64,000 nucleotides of DNA from Centroscyllium fabricii (lineage: Eukaryota): the NCBI GenBank assembly GCA_051313645.2, contig JBNRSN020000005.1, forward strand, positions 82,398,001 to 82,462,000. Direction: 5' to 3'. The notes under the pieces are model-generated. The model made no database searches and was not told the origin of the DNA. It saw nothing but the letters and a program-made list of their open reading frames with translations. Position numbers and translations under genes: made by a program. This document shows, piece after piece, positions 49,849-61,847 of this stretch. Within the stretch, counting starts at the first letter, position 1, and each line of letters opens with the position of its first letter.

Positions 49849-50076
49849 AATGTGTGAGATGTCTGCACTTCAGTAAGGACACCCTCACTAAAATCTGCCA
49901 CCTGCTGCAGCCACAACTGCAACCTCAGACCAGGGCAAGGACCGCATAGCCAGTGGCTATGAAGGTAACCGTGGCAATGAATTTTTTTGTGTGTCTGGCT
50001 CCTTCCAGGCTGGGCCGGGAGATATTTGCAATTTGCTGCCCACTGTCGCCTAAGGGAGGTCACTGATGCTGTCTAT

Positions 50077-52248
50077 TCAAATGGTTCCCGTGGATTGGAA
50101 GGTGCAAAATGTAACCTCACCATTTAAGAAAGGAGGGAGAAAGCCGGGAACTACAGACCAGTTAGCCTGACTTCAGTAGTAGGGAAAAGGCTAGAATCTG
50201 TTATTAAGGACGTGGTAACAGGGTGCTTAGAAAATAATAATAGGATTGGGCAGAGTCAACATGGATTTATGGAAAGGGAAAACGTGTTTGATGAATCTGG
50301 TTTTTGAGGATGTAACTAGCAGAATAGATAGGGGGGATCCAGTAGATGTGGTGTATTTGGATTTTCAGAAGGCATTTGATAAAGTGCCACACATGAGGTT
50401 ATTAAACAAAATTAGGGCTTCTGGGATTGGGGGTAACATAGATTGAGGATTGGTTAATGGACAGAAAACAGGGTGTAGGAATAAACGGGACTTTTTCGGG
50501 TTGACAGGCTGTAACTAGTGGGGTACCGCAAGGATCAGTGCTTGGGCTTGAGCTATTCACAATCTATATAAATGATTTGGATGAGGGGACCAAATGTAAT
50601 GGGGGGAAAAATTTGGTTGCACCCCATTTGGGGCGTTAACCTCAGCGGGACACCACTTTTAGTCCTGAAAAAGTCAGCATCGGTCCGCCGGAAATTGGGT
50701 TTTAGCACCCCAAGTAGGAGGTGGCAGGTGCCCCACCTCGTTCTTTGGGCGCTACCACTCAATTTCAGGTGACTGCTTGCCGCAGCGCCACGCTCTGCAG
50801 AGCGCTGTGCCGCGATACTGCAGGCCTCACTCCCATTCTTAAAGGGGAGTGGCAGAGCGCGGCATGGCCCGGAGCCCCGTTGGACTGCCGTGAATTGGAG
50901 TGCCGCCAAAGGAGCCCGGCACTCAAGTGAAGTGCCGGGCTCACGGAGCACAGCCAGGGAGGGAAATGGGGAAGTCCGGGGACGGCAGAGGGGGCAGGTG
51001 CTGGCAGTCGGCCAGCAAGAAAAATGGCCGCCCTGCACCCCCCCCCTTTAAATCGCACTTCCTCGGCTGCAAGTACGCCCCCCTGACCCTGTCGGTGATG
51101 GCGTCTGGAGGTACGGCAGCAGGCACGATTTGAAGTTCGCGGCCGGGGTGCAAGCAGGGTGCTGCGCATGGTGATGATATCATTGCCGGCGGCGCAGCGC
51201 CACGGGGCACTACTGGCTGCCGCCATCGCCAGCACCCCACTGAATATCATGGGAGGCGCCAGCCCAGGCGCTAGGTGCTTTGCGCCCCATTAGCAGCCCT
51301 CTTAGGGTGCTAACGGCTGGCACAACCAACCAAATTTTTCCCCCAATATATCCAAGTTAGCTGATGATACAAAGCTGGGTGGGATTGTAAGTTGGGAGGA
51401 GGATGCAAAGAGGCTTCAAGGGGATATAGACAGGCTAAGTGAGTTGGCAAGAACATGGCAAATGGAATATAATGTGGAGAAATGGGAAGTTATCCACTTT
51501 GGTAGGAAAAATAGAAAAGCAGAGTATTTTATAAATGGTGAGAGATTGGAAAATGTTGGTATTCAGAGGGACCTGGGTGTTCTTGTATACAAATTACTGA
51601 AAGTTAACATGCAGGTACAGCAAGCAATTAAGAAAGCAAATGGTATGTTGGCCTTTATTACAAGAGGATTTGAGTATAAGAGTAAAGACGTCTTACTGCA
51701 ATTATATAGAGCCCTGGTGAGACCACAGCTGGAGTATTGTGTACAGTTTTGGTCTCCTTACCTGAGGAAGGATATACTTGCCATAGAGGGCGTGCAATAA
51801 AGGTTCACCAGACTGATTCCTGGGATGGGTGGTTGTCCTATGTTCTCTGGAGTTCAGAAGAATGAGAGGTGATCTCATTGAATTCTTACAGGGCTTGACA
51901 GGGTAGATGCAGGGAGGATGTTTCCCCTGGCTGGGGAGTCTAGAACCAGGGGTCACAGTCTCAGAATAAGGGGTCGGCCATTTAGGACTGAGAGGAGGAG
52001 AAATTTCTTCACTCAGAGCTTGGTGAATCTTTGGAATTCTCTACCACAGAGGGTTGTGGAGGCTTAGTCGTTGAGTATATTCAAGACAGAGATCGATAGA
52101 TTTTTGGATATTAAGGGAATCAAAGGATATGGAGATAGTGCAGGAAAAAAGTGGAGTTGAGGTAGAAGATCAACCATGATCTTACTGAATGGCAGAGCAG
52201 GCTCGAGAGACCAAACGGCCTACTCCTGTTCCTATTTCTTATGTTCTT
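50077..52248 (+). mobile_element. CR1 LINE fragment inserted into the transposase gene and itself split by a MITE
   Basis: RT motifs YLDFQKAFDKVPH (ORF 50246) and WQMEYNVEKWEVIHFGRKN (ORF 51444). Tail cctatttcttatgttctt. Same subfamily as 2634-3417. Confidence 0.93.
50601..51344. mobile_element. Harbinger-type MITE, family A, inserted into the CR1
   Basis: TIRs GGGGGAAAAATTTGGTTG / CAACCAAATTTTTCCCCC with an AAT TSD. Removing it rejoins caaatgtaat-atatccaag of the CR1 RT. Confidence 0.88.
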
Positions 52249-53107
52249 GCATTTCATTCTCTCTTGCCAGAGACCAGCCTGTGGATAGAGCACATGGCTT
52301 CACTATGATTGCAGGCTTCCCGTTGGTGCCATTGACTGTCTGCGCATTGCTTTGCTGGCGCTGCATGTCAACTCTGCCATATACTGGAACCGAAAGGGAT
52401 TCCACTCCCTCAATGCCCAGTTGGTGTGCGACCATAGGCAGCGAATCATGCAGGTCAATGCCCAGTATCCTGGCAGCAGTCATGATGGCTTCATTCTGTG
52501 GCAGTCCACTGTGCTTGCTGCATTTGAGCCACCACGACAAACCAGAGGGTGGCTATTGGGCGACAAGGGCTATCCGCTAATGACATGGCTCATGACTCTA
52601 GTGTGCAACCCACACACACACACGTGCGCAGCATGTGTACAATGAAAGCCATGCTGCCACGCGAAATGTGATAAAGCAGACCATTGGCATGCTGAAAAAA
52701 TGTTTCCCCTGCCTGGATTGCTTTGGAGGAGCCCTGCAGCAATCGGCAGAGTGAGTGTCAAGGTTTGTTATGGTCTGCTGCATGCTGCACAACCTCGCAA
52801 TCATGGTGGCGCAGCCCTTGCCAACACCTATATAGTTGCAGCAGAGGAGGAAGAGGAAGGAACGAGGCAACCTAGATAGCACCTTTTTGTCTGGGCTGTC
52901 CATGAAGAACTCATCTGAGTGCGATACTAGTAACCGATCCCCAATTCCCCATTCACCAACAGTCCCACACCTTACCTTCCCTCTGTCACTGACCATCACA
53001 ACTTCTGCTTGGCCACAAAACAAACATTCCAAACAAAATACTTGAATGAAATCATGCCATACAGCATACAAACATAAACTAATCACCCTTATGCATTCTG
53101 TTAGTGC

Positions 53108-53496
53108 ATAAGGACAACACGGTGACGCAAAGGACGACACGGTGGCGCAGTGGTTAGCACTGCTGCCTCACAATAAGGAACTCCTGGGTTCGAATCCTAC
53201 TTGGCCTGGGACCTCTTTGCGTGGAGTTTGTATATTCTCCCCGTGTTCGTGTGAGTTTACTCCGGTTTCCTCCCACCACCCAAAGACATGCAGGTTAGGT
53301 AAATTGGAGATACTAAAAATTGCCCATGAGTATGTGTGAGAGCTGTAGTTCTTAGAGTTGGGGGTGTCAGGGGGATATGGGTAGGAGGGGGGTGCTGGGT
53401 TTGGATGATCAGCCATGATCTCATCAGAAAATGGCGGAGCAGGCTCGAAGGACCGAATGGCCTACTCCTGTTCCTATCTTCTGTGTGTTTCTGTGT
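53108..53496 (+). mobile_element. HE1-like V-SINE inserted into the Harbinger element
   Basis: tRNA head ggtggcgcagtggttagcactgctgcctcac...gggttcgaatcc, V-domain, and CR1 tail. TSD TTAGTGC at 53101-53107 and 53497-53503. Confidence 0.88.
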
Positions 53497-53504
53497 TTAG
53501 TGCC

Positions 53505-55360
53505 TGTCTTCCACGTGCCTTTGCCTGTCCTAGTGCTCGTAAACAGTGCTACCCCAGTGGCTGCAGCACGGCTGGTGGAAGACTGCTGATTTTCAGTGGA
53601 GGACACTGCAGATGGCCTTGGAGGACAACCTTGAGTTGCTCTGAGCCTAGGAGGCCCAGCTGCAGACTGCACCATCTCGGCATGGGCGGTGCCAATCTGG
53701 TCTAGCTGGCTGACTGGCAACAGGAAGGCCACTGGCAGAGTGGCAGTGGTGGGAGGACGAAGGCTGTCATCCTGATAGAGGACAGCAGGTTCGTGCTCCA
53801 TGGAACCACTTCCACTCCCCCGGGGCGGCACCTCATCAATCCTAGTAATCTGTCGGAGGACAGATTGCTGGACTGCTCTGACACCCTGCAAACCCCATTT
53901 GAAGACATGATGACAACAGTCTGAGCTTGTGTGGCAGCAGTCTGAGCTTCCACTGCAGCACTCAGACGTGGGTGGCTGCTGCTTGTGCAGCAATGGAAGC
54001 TGAGACATCAGCCATCAGATGCTGCACCGTGTTTGTGTCCACAAGTATGCTAATGGCGTTGGCCACCACTTCCATGCTGGAAAGAATGAGCTCCAAGCTC
54101 TGTGCAAAGCCCTGTGCCAAGTTGGTGCCGGACTCCTCCATGCTCCTTGACATTGCACGCTGGCTTTCTGGCAGGCTTCCCAATGCACCAAGTATTTTAT
54201 TATGCATACCCATCAGCCTTCTCCTGTAGCCTGCCGTATTGAAGTTTTCATCTGAGCCTGCTGCAGCAGAACTCATGTGCAACCTCACCCTCCGGCGAGC
54301 TGGCACCTGCGCTACCCTTGTCCCCTGCCCTGGGTGCAGCACACTCGTGTCCAGTGTCTCACCACAATCAGATCCCACCTCTAATCTATCCTCTAAATTA
54401 CGCACAGTGTCGGTATCTGAGCTGGTGGCTGCGAGTGTGAAATTGAGTGGCACTGTCTCTTCATCATCACTGTCTTCTTGCTGTTCCACCACTGCCTGGG
54501 CAGGTTGCAGTTCTTGGGTATCTGAAAGGAAAAAGGCACAAGGGTAAGGTTGTAGTGAGGGGCAGGGGGGACGTAAGCGGTGCATGCTTACACCAGCTGC
54601 AGCTTGTAAATCAGAATAGATTGTGGAATGAGGGGGAAGTGCGATGTGAGGAGGAGGATTGGGTATGAGGATACAGTCATCTTCGATGGGTTGAGCCCCG
54701 CCCCGGCCACAGGCTCAGCAATGGCCACTCCAATAATGGCTAGTACTGGCTCCTCCATGGGAGTTGGGACATGCAGGCGCACCTTTTCCCCCGCCAGTTA
54801 GCTCCTGCTGCCTCCGGTTGTGTGCCACCTTGTCCTGCAAGAGAGAGGGAATTGTGTCAGTGCGTGCCATTCAATCTGTTTGGGAGAAGTGGCTGTCACG
54901 ATTGAATGGCTGGTAGTGTGTGCAAGCTGTAAGTTGTGGGTGTGAGGCTTGCAGTGGTGCTATGTGTGTCAGGGTAAGGTGAAGCTATGAATGTTAGGTA
55001 TGAGTTCTGATTGATAGAGACTGGTGGTAGGTGTGTGATGGGGGGTGTGGTGCATTGAGCAGTGGCTAAGGCTAGTGCTGTGGTTGGTGGGATATGGCGT
55101 TTGAGGATACATTCACTGACCTTGACCACCCGTGTGAGGTATTTGAACTTCTTCAGGCACTGCATTCAGGTCCTCAGGGCTTGACTCCTGGCATTGACCT
55201 CCACAGCTATCTGCTCCCAATTCCTTCTCAGCGTGCGTCTGGAGGGTGTCCTGGCCCCCTGCAGATACAGGACATCTCTCTTCCTTTCTACCTCCTCCAT
55301 CAAGGCCTCCCATGTAGCGTCTGAAAACCTTGGAGCCCACACTCTCCCATGTTGTGCCAT
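53505..55360 (-). pseudogene. Harbinger Myb/SANT-like accessory gene pseudogene (NAIF1/MSANTD-like, spliced)
   Basis: Exon 1 reads MAQHGRVWAPRFSDATWEALMEEV...NWEQIAVEVNARS...RT*MQCLKKFKYL, then a gtcagt donor near 55118. The next exon (ttgcag acceptor near 54833) reads DKVAHNRRQQELTGG, followed by ORFs 53962-54585 and 53424-54008. Confidence 0.82.
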
Positions 55361-58300
55361 TCTAAACTGTTTTACACATCAGATTCACTTCCTGAGCAAC
55401 TTCAGCACCTGCTTCAGCCACAATGCCCTGCCCCTTTAAGTGGTGCAGGCTAGCTTTAACCGGTAACGGTTTTGGGTTTTCTGCTGAAACGTGCAGCCAA
55501 TCAGCAGCGTGGTTTGCATTGGCTGAAATCTTTGAAATGAGCAGGCAGCACGAAGTTGGCCTGCCTTTTATTGAACAGGCATGGGATAACAGCGCGTTAT
55601 GATCCCCTCACCCATTTTCAGGGGCAATTGAATTTAGGCCCCACCCTGCCCTCCATGTCCTACCATTCCTTGTGCTAATGTTGCAGTTTAGGTTGCTGGA
55701 CTACCTGGGCGAGGCAAAATAAGCCATGAATAGTTCTTTTGGGGAAATACTATGTTTGGACTGAAACATGTTGGTGATGGTAGTAAAAGTACAGAGTTAC
55801 ACCGAGCAATTCACAACAGGCATGTTCTAATTGATATAACTGGGAACTCCAAGTGAGGTTCAAGGATGTCAGCATAATCTCCATCCTTCAAAACTCTTCT
55901 CTCCTCCCTGCCAATGGTAAAATTAAAATAAAGAATGCACTATGTGTAGCAAGAACATAAGCCAAGTGATATGCAGCCCGTCTGCATTTGGCTTACCAAA
56001 ACCCTTTAACCACCGATCATCATGAACATTAGTGTGTTTCATGCCTGTCCCATTGAACTAGCGTATGGACCTAACTGAAAAGGAGCTGGCCTACTGATAA
56101 ACAGACAAGCAGGACTATTATTCCAAATAATTAATCATATAGTGCACCTTGGAGCTAATTTAATTGTGATAACAACTGTTTACTTCAGGAAAGAAACATT
56201 TGTTTTCTTGTTCTAAATACAAGTGCCTTTTAAAGAGTTACTGGCAGGTATTTTTTTGCCCTTCACACACTCAGATGCTTCGACTTATTCAGCTGACTGA
56301 AGTGCATCACTTCACCTATCCAAAAGTGCTAGACAAGCGCCGCTGGCATTAGCATCGCTGCCGAGGCCCGCAGCAGAACTGGGGAGACTTTGGAGTTTCC
56401 ACACACGTAAATGTCAATACAGCGCCTTCTCCATCATCAGCACTAAATTCACTTTGATGCCTCTTTTCTTCTCTTTATTGATCCTTTCATGAGAACGTAG
56501 ATTTGTATCTGTTAATTAATGCATCCTGAAACAGCGTTTGTATTAATCAGTCAGATAAGAAAAATTGGATGCCTGCGCCCACATGACAACCGTAAAAGTG
56601 CTGCCCTGATAAAATCATTGATAGGCCTCAATAAAAAAAGTTCCTCCTTCCACTCAATAAACTAATCATCCTGCTTTTAATTATTAGACTGAAGATGTGT
56701 GTAGATTGGGAATGTGTAAATCTAATTATTTACCAACAGCAGTGGCTGGGTAGGGTAAAAAAAAAGCCTCCTCGCAGGAAGGTGCTGCAGGCCACACATA
56801 CAGACCATCTGGTAATTCTGGAGGGGGGAGGGGTGGTACTATGGGAGTATAACGAAAGAATGAGTCTTTTTCTGTTCCCCGGTAAATCAGATGTGAAATA
56901 GCGTTCCTGTTAGCAGGTTGTATCATTATTATAAAACATTCCTGAGGAATATTTTTCTGCATTTGAAAAGAGAGGGTCATCAGCATTATCTAACAGAGAC
57001 CATTTGGTAGCATGACGGCAAACTGCCAGTCCCTTGTGTTATTTCTGAAGAGTTTACATGGTGCAGACTTCAGATAAAAGTTGTTATATCAAAACTAGAC
57101 AATCTGAACTTTTCAGAAATAGTATTGTTGAAAAAGAGTAAGATGAACAGGTATGTTTAATAATTCTGTTGCTATTGGTGATGACTTAGGCTGTTGAAAG
57201 CTGTTGCCATAATTTGTTACCTGCCCTCCCTTTACCCACTCCCTTCAAATATGTGTGAACACACACATACTCACTTTGAAAGCATGGTTAATCCCCTTTG
57301 ATGATTTTATTAAGTGCTTTTGGTCGGCTCTGCCAACTGGCATTCCATTGCATGTCACTGGCAGGCCAGAAAAACCACCTCAAAAGCTGTAAACTGTTCT
57401 TTTCCTGTTAACAAGATTGTAGATCTTAACAGTGAGGAGATAATAAATTAGTACTGTAGTTGGTATAAACAATAGCCTGAAAGACATATAATGAGCTGTT
57501 TGCCATTAGTGGTCTAGTTAGACAGGGATGAAGCAAACTGATTCATGTAGCGAAGCCTTCAGCGTGACAGCCTTGCCTGAACAGATGTTTTAAAATTCCC
57601 CCTCCCCTGATAAAATAGTGACGGATTTGCTATTCTGTTACCACAGCTGTGTTACTTCTGTCTCACCAATAGTAAAAGCAGTGTCACTCTCATATATATT
57701 GCCATGGAACAGAAAGAAAATTCAGTGCAAGACAAATCTGTAGGAAGGAATAAAATATAAATGATGATTTCAATCACATATATCCCCATTTACCCTGAAC
57801 ATTGAACAACTATGTTTAAATGTTAACTTTAGATTCTATACCCACCCAAATTCTTGAATTGCATCAGAATTTCTGCCCACTTCCAGGCGAATAATATCGG
57901 GTGGAGAGTGATATCACCACATTCATTTCTGCCATTTGCTTACCCTGAATGCTGTTCAGGAGCCATAGCGTCCAGTCTGCAACAGGGTGAATGGGAAGAA
58001 CTTCAGCCAAAAGGAACACTTCTACTTCACCACTGTAGGAGGGGCCAGTGCAACAGTGATCTCTGGCAGAATAAATGTAGTCCTGACCGCCACGTTTTCA
58101 TCATCAAGCAATTAATCAGAGCAGCATAGTTGAGCAATATATATAAAGATTTCATGATATTGATGTGATATTAAATATGTGATAACCCTGACGGAACAAA
58201 AATAAATGTGAAATGTTTGGCATGCTACAAAATGAGAGTGTAGTAAACCTATAACGTTTCCTTATAGCTGAACCATGATTTACAGCATTTAATCAAAGAA

Positions 58301-58467
58301 ATGGCAATCCCTGCTCATTTAACTTCCCTCTCCACACACACATACGAATTATTTTCTTTGATTAACTCATGTTTTCTTGAAAGTAATTTGATGTTTCTTG
58401 TAATCTCAGCTATAGGTTTCCACAGTGTGTGACATTGTAACACTGTTATGCCCTTTTTACCTTCCAG

Positions 58468-58737
58468 GATTCTCCACATTATCTCTGGCTGATCAGATGA
58501 GTCTCCTCCAGAGTGCCTGGATGGAGATTCTGATCTTGGGGATTGTGTACAGGTCACTGTCTTTTGAGGATGAGCTGGTATATGCTGAAGACTACATCAT
58601 GGACGAAGACCAGTCAAAGCTAGCTGGGCTTCTTGATCTCAATAATGCCATTCTGCAGCTGGTAAAGAAATACAAGAGCATGAAGCTGGAGAAAGAAGAG
58701 TTTGTCACCCTCAAAGCTATAGCGCTTGCTAATTCAG
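58468..58737 (+). CDS. ESRRG: ERR-gamma coding exon (LBD core)
   Basis: Acceptor ttccag and donor gttggc; 270 nt. Encodes (G)[89 protein letters not shown]. Confidence 0.97.
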
Positions 58738-60605
58738 GTTGGCAGATTTGCTTGACTGTTGGCACAGTTTCAATAAGTTATTATCTTTCCCGCGCGCCCC
58801 CCCCCCCCCCCCTCCACAATCTTTTTTAACCCCTTCTGTGTTGGTGAGTTCTGCAATGGAGCAAATAGGAAAATGAAAGAGTGCTTTATTTTGGTTTAAT
58901 AAATAGTCTATTTTGTAATGAAAAGCCAAATAATTTGTCTGAAGTCCATTACTTACCTTTACTCCTGTTACAAAATAAGCTAGAGTATTAATTGTTGGAC
59001 AAAGGCAATTGACATTGTGTGCAAAAAATTGATACAGGGTACTGTCAATTACAGTTAAAATAAATAGTTTAAAAGCATTAACTTAATTATGTTGCTAGCT
59101 TAGCAAAGTCAGACATACTGTACTGCTTCACTCAGGTTTAGGAATATGCTTTTGAAAGTAAAATCTGTTTACAATGAGCTAAAGTTTTGCTTTCAGTGCA
59201 TTGTCATAAAGATCTGAAAAGCAATTTTTTTTCTACTGAATTGCATATGCTCTGTACCAGCACAGAAGAGGTTAATTTTTTCCAGCACGTACATTATCCA
59301 CATTTGAATTTAAAGTGCAGAAGCAACTGGGAATGAATCATGAATAAAATCGTTTGTGCTTTGTTGTTTTTTCCCTTCTCCCCAATGCTTTATCGCGGTC
59401 TTTAGGCACTTTAGCATTTGCATAAAGTTCATGATAGATCACTCTTTAATAACATGCTGATCGTTAGCTACCTGTGTGTCAATAACAGCTCTGATGTTGT
59501 GTACCGTTGACAATCATGCCATGTCCCTCCATTTCCCCCTGCCTTCTTTTGTTTTGACCTAATCTTTGAACTTTATCTTGGTTGCCGGCCAGTAGTTTTC
59601 TCTTTAATTACAAGAAGGAAACTGTCAATAAAATCTGTTAAATGGAATGCAATGAGTAGCTGAATGGGAGGACAGCCATTTGTTCAAATTCTACAGCATT
59701 CAAGGTATTGACAGTTTGTTTTCTGAGGCCATATGTGCTGATCAATCTCAGGCTGGGCTCAGCCACGCTGAAAAATGAAAACCCAGATTGCTTTTGCTTA
59801 TTTTCGGATGACAGCTCTTGATTTGGTGGGTCCGAGATGAACCTTCTGCCAAATTGTACCCCAGAGAACCAAAGCGTGACTGTTTTGAAAATTATTTTTT
59901 AATTGATTTTGTAATTAACAGTTCATCTCATATATTGATGTGCAAATTCCCAGATTGATGGGAGGGAAATTGTTTCAACAAAAAGTTGCACTTTTTCTAT
60001 TTGTCTCAGCAACTGTTGTTGGCACTTCGCTGCTCTGATGAGGGAACAAGAGTAAGATGGGAGCAGTAGCCCATCAGCTGTCGTTGACATTTCTAAACTC
60101 TGCAATTTCGGACAACTAATCCACTATTTTTTTTCTTCTTTACTAGATTGCTTTGGAAACTTTCCCCCTTGCTTCTGATTTGATTTTGTCTGGATATGTT
60201 GTATATTTGCACAGTTTCTATTTTGCATGCAAGACTAAAATACTATTTATGTGTCATCAAATGGGACTTAAGCTGCTTCACAATAAGATCACACTGTAGC
60301 TGAGTGATAGTGGATGAGACTTGTGTTCCTATGGACTTTAGCATTTCAGGAATTATAAAGCTAAAGTTATAAGACCTATCTTGGAGTGCTGCAAATACAC
60401 ATGACACACAGTTACAATTTGAAAGAAAATATTGCAAGAAGATTAAGCATACCAATCTTCATATTTTTATAAACTACAGTTCGTAGAAAATGCCGGTAGT
60501 TTTATTGATAGTAAAACTTTCAATTCCAGGTCTTTTTGCAGCATTTTCACTAGTGGTTCATGGTGCTGTGAAATGTGTTTGTTAAAATGAGCAGCAATGC
60601 ATATA

Positions 60606-60899
60606 CATGTTGAGCACTGTTAATCCGGCACCCTCGGGACCAGGCCGGTGCCGGATCACTAAAAATTCCAAACCACTGAAGGTTCCGGGGAATCAAGTGG
60701 GTAGAACACTCCCCAGGAGGGAGCCTGGGGATAGAACACTTACAGAACCCAAAAAAACAGAAACCCAAATGTCCGTAGTCTTCAGCGCTCGCTCACCCTT
60801 CCCAGGAAACGGTGGCGCCGCCGAGCGGCTACTCCGCACAATGAAGAGCGCCGGTTTCCAATCGTGCCGGACCACTGAAGCTTACCGGTGCTCAACCTG
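60606..60899. mobile_element. Tigger/pogo-like MITE with the same TIR type as 2051-2522
   Basis: CATGTTGAGCAC...GTGCTCAACCTG termini with a TA TSD (60604-60605, 60900-60901). Confidence 0.82.
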
Positions 60900-61602
60900 T
60901 ATAAATAAATGGAAAAAAGCAGTCTCACTAAAATAAATAAAATATTTCATAAATTGGAAACCAATACAAAACATAATTACCATTGCAGGAGAAATAAGAA
61001 AGCAAAGCATAATACAAACAGGAGTACCCTTGCTATTCAGAGAAATAGCTGTTTTCTGCCACTTCACTGAAAGCTTGTCTTTTTACCTCTTAAAATATGT
61101 TACATTTATTTTGACATTTTACTGTGAAATGGTCATTGATTATAAATGACAGTGTTGCCCCTATTAACTGCTGCAGTTGTTGTCTATTTGGAGTTTTCCT
61201 GTAAGTTTCTCCATATCACTGATATAGGAGAGCAAGGTAGAGGGGCAATTCACAGAATTAAATGACAGAAAATACATTCCTAAATACCTTGCTTATTTTA
61301 TAAAATTCCAAAGCAGGCAGCTGTTAGATGGTTAAAATCCATTGAACACAATCCAAATATTAGACGAATTTTTAAGTGAAACAGCTGTGTAGTGTTTCTG
61401 TATTTGAATGTTTGGGAATGTTTTGTTTAAACTTGCTGTTGAGTGTGTTTCAGCTGATCAATATTTTAAGCATGATTGAAGCATTAAGTATGCTTGCAAC
61501 AAAAGTTAAAGTTTTTAAAATGGCATTATACACATGTACTTTTTTGTTCTTTAATTACAGTGGTGTTAACAGTGCTTTTATGTTGGTCTTATTGTCTTGT
61601 AG

Positions 61603-61847
61603 ATTCAATGCACATAGAAGATGTTGAGGCTGTTCAGAAGCTGCAAGATGTCTTGCATGAGGCCCTGCAGGACTATGAGGCTGGGCAGCATGGGGAAGAC
61701 CCACGCCGTGCTGGTAAGCTACTGATGACTCTCCCTCTTCTTCGGCAGACCTCTACCAAAGCTGTGCAGCATTTCTACAACATCAAACTGGAAGGCAAAG
61801 TTCCCATGCACAAACTATTCTTGGAAATGCTGGAGGCCAAGGTCTGA
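61603..61847 (+). CDS. ESRRG: ERR-gamma last coding exon (LBD end, AF-2, stop)
   Basis: Acceptor ttgtag. Encodes (D)[29 protein letters not shown]...[15 protein letters not shown], with TGA at 61845-61847. Confidence 0.97.

Larger units (their letters stand above)
48850..52930 (+). pseudogene. Harbinger DDE transposase pseudogene (HARBI1-like), in three pieces
   Basis: Pieces at ~48850-49030, 49852-50070 and ~52250-52930 encode LSEEQCVRCLHF, GAIDC, YWNRKGFHSLNAQLVCD, YPGSSHDGFIL and WLLGDKGYPLMTWLMT, with frameshifts and stops. Confidence 0.88.
48289..55642. mobile_element. Decayed autonomous-type PIF/Harbinger transposon with nested insertions
   Basis: Contains convergent transposase and Myb/SANT-like genes. 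Imperfect ends GGGCACCAAATT...AATTTAGGCCCC; boundaries are approximate. Confidence 0.85.

Noticed and set aside
52352-52645. Host HARBI1 gene
   Set aside because: Frameshifted, interrupted by TEs and paired with a Myb gene inside transposon ends, so it is a transposon fossil rather than the domesticated gene.
53131-53200. tRNA gene
   Set aside because: The A and B boxes belong to the V-SINE head, with no full cloverleaf. The same applies to 725-783.
55117-55125. Perfect ERRE (TCAAGGTCA on the minus strand)
   Set aside because: It coincides with the exon/donor junction of the Harbinger Myb gene, which is enough to explain it.
15930-61847. Assignment as ESRRB or ESRRA
   Set aside because: The hinge [20 protein letters not shown] and the LBD segment [24 protein letters not shown] match ERR-gamma rather than its paralogs.
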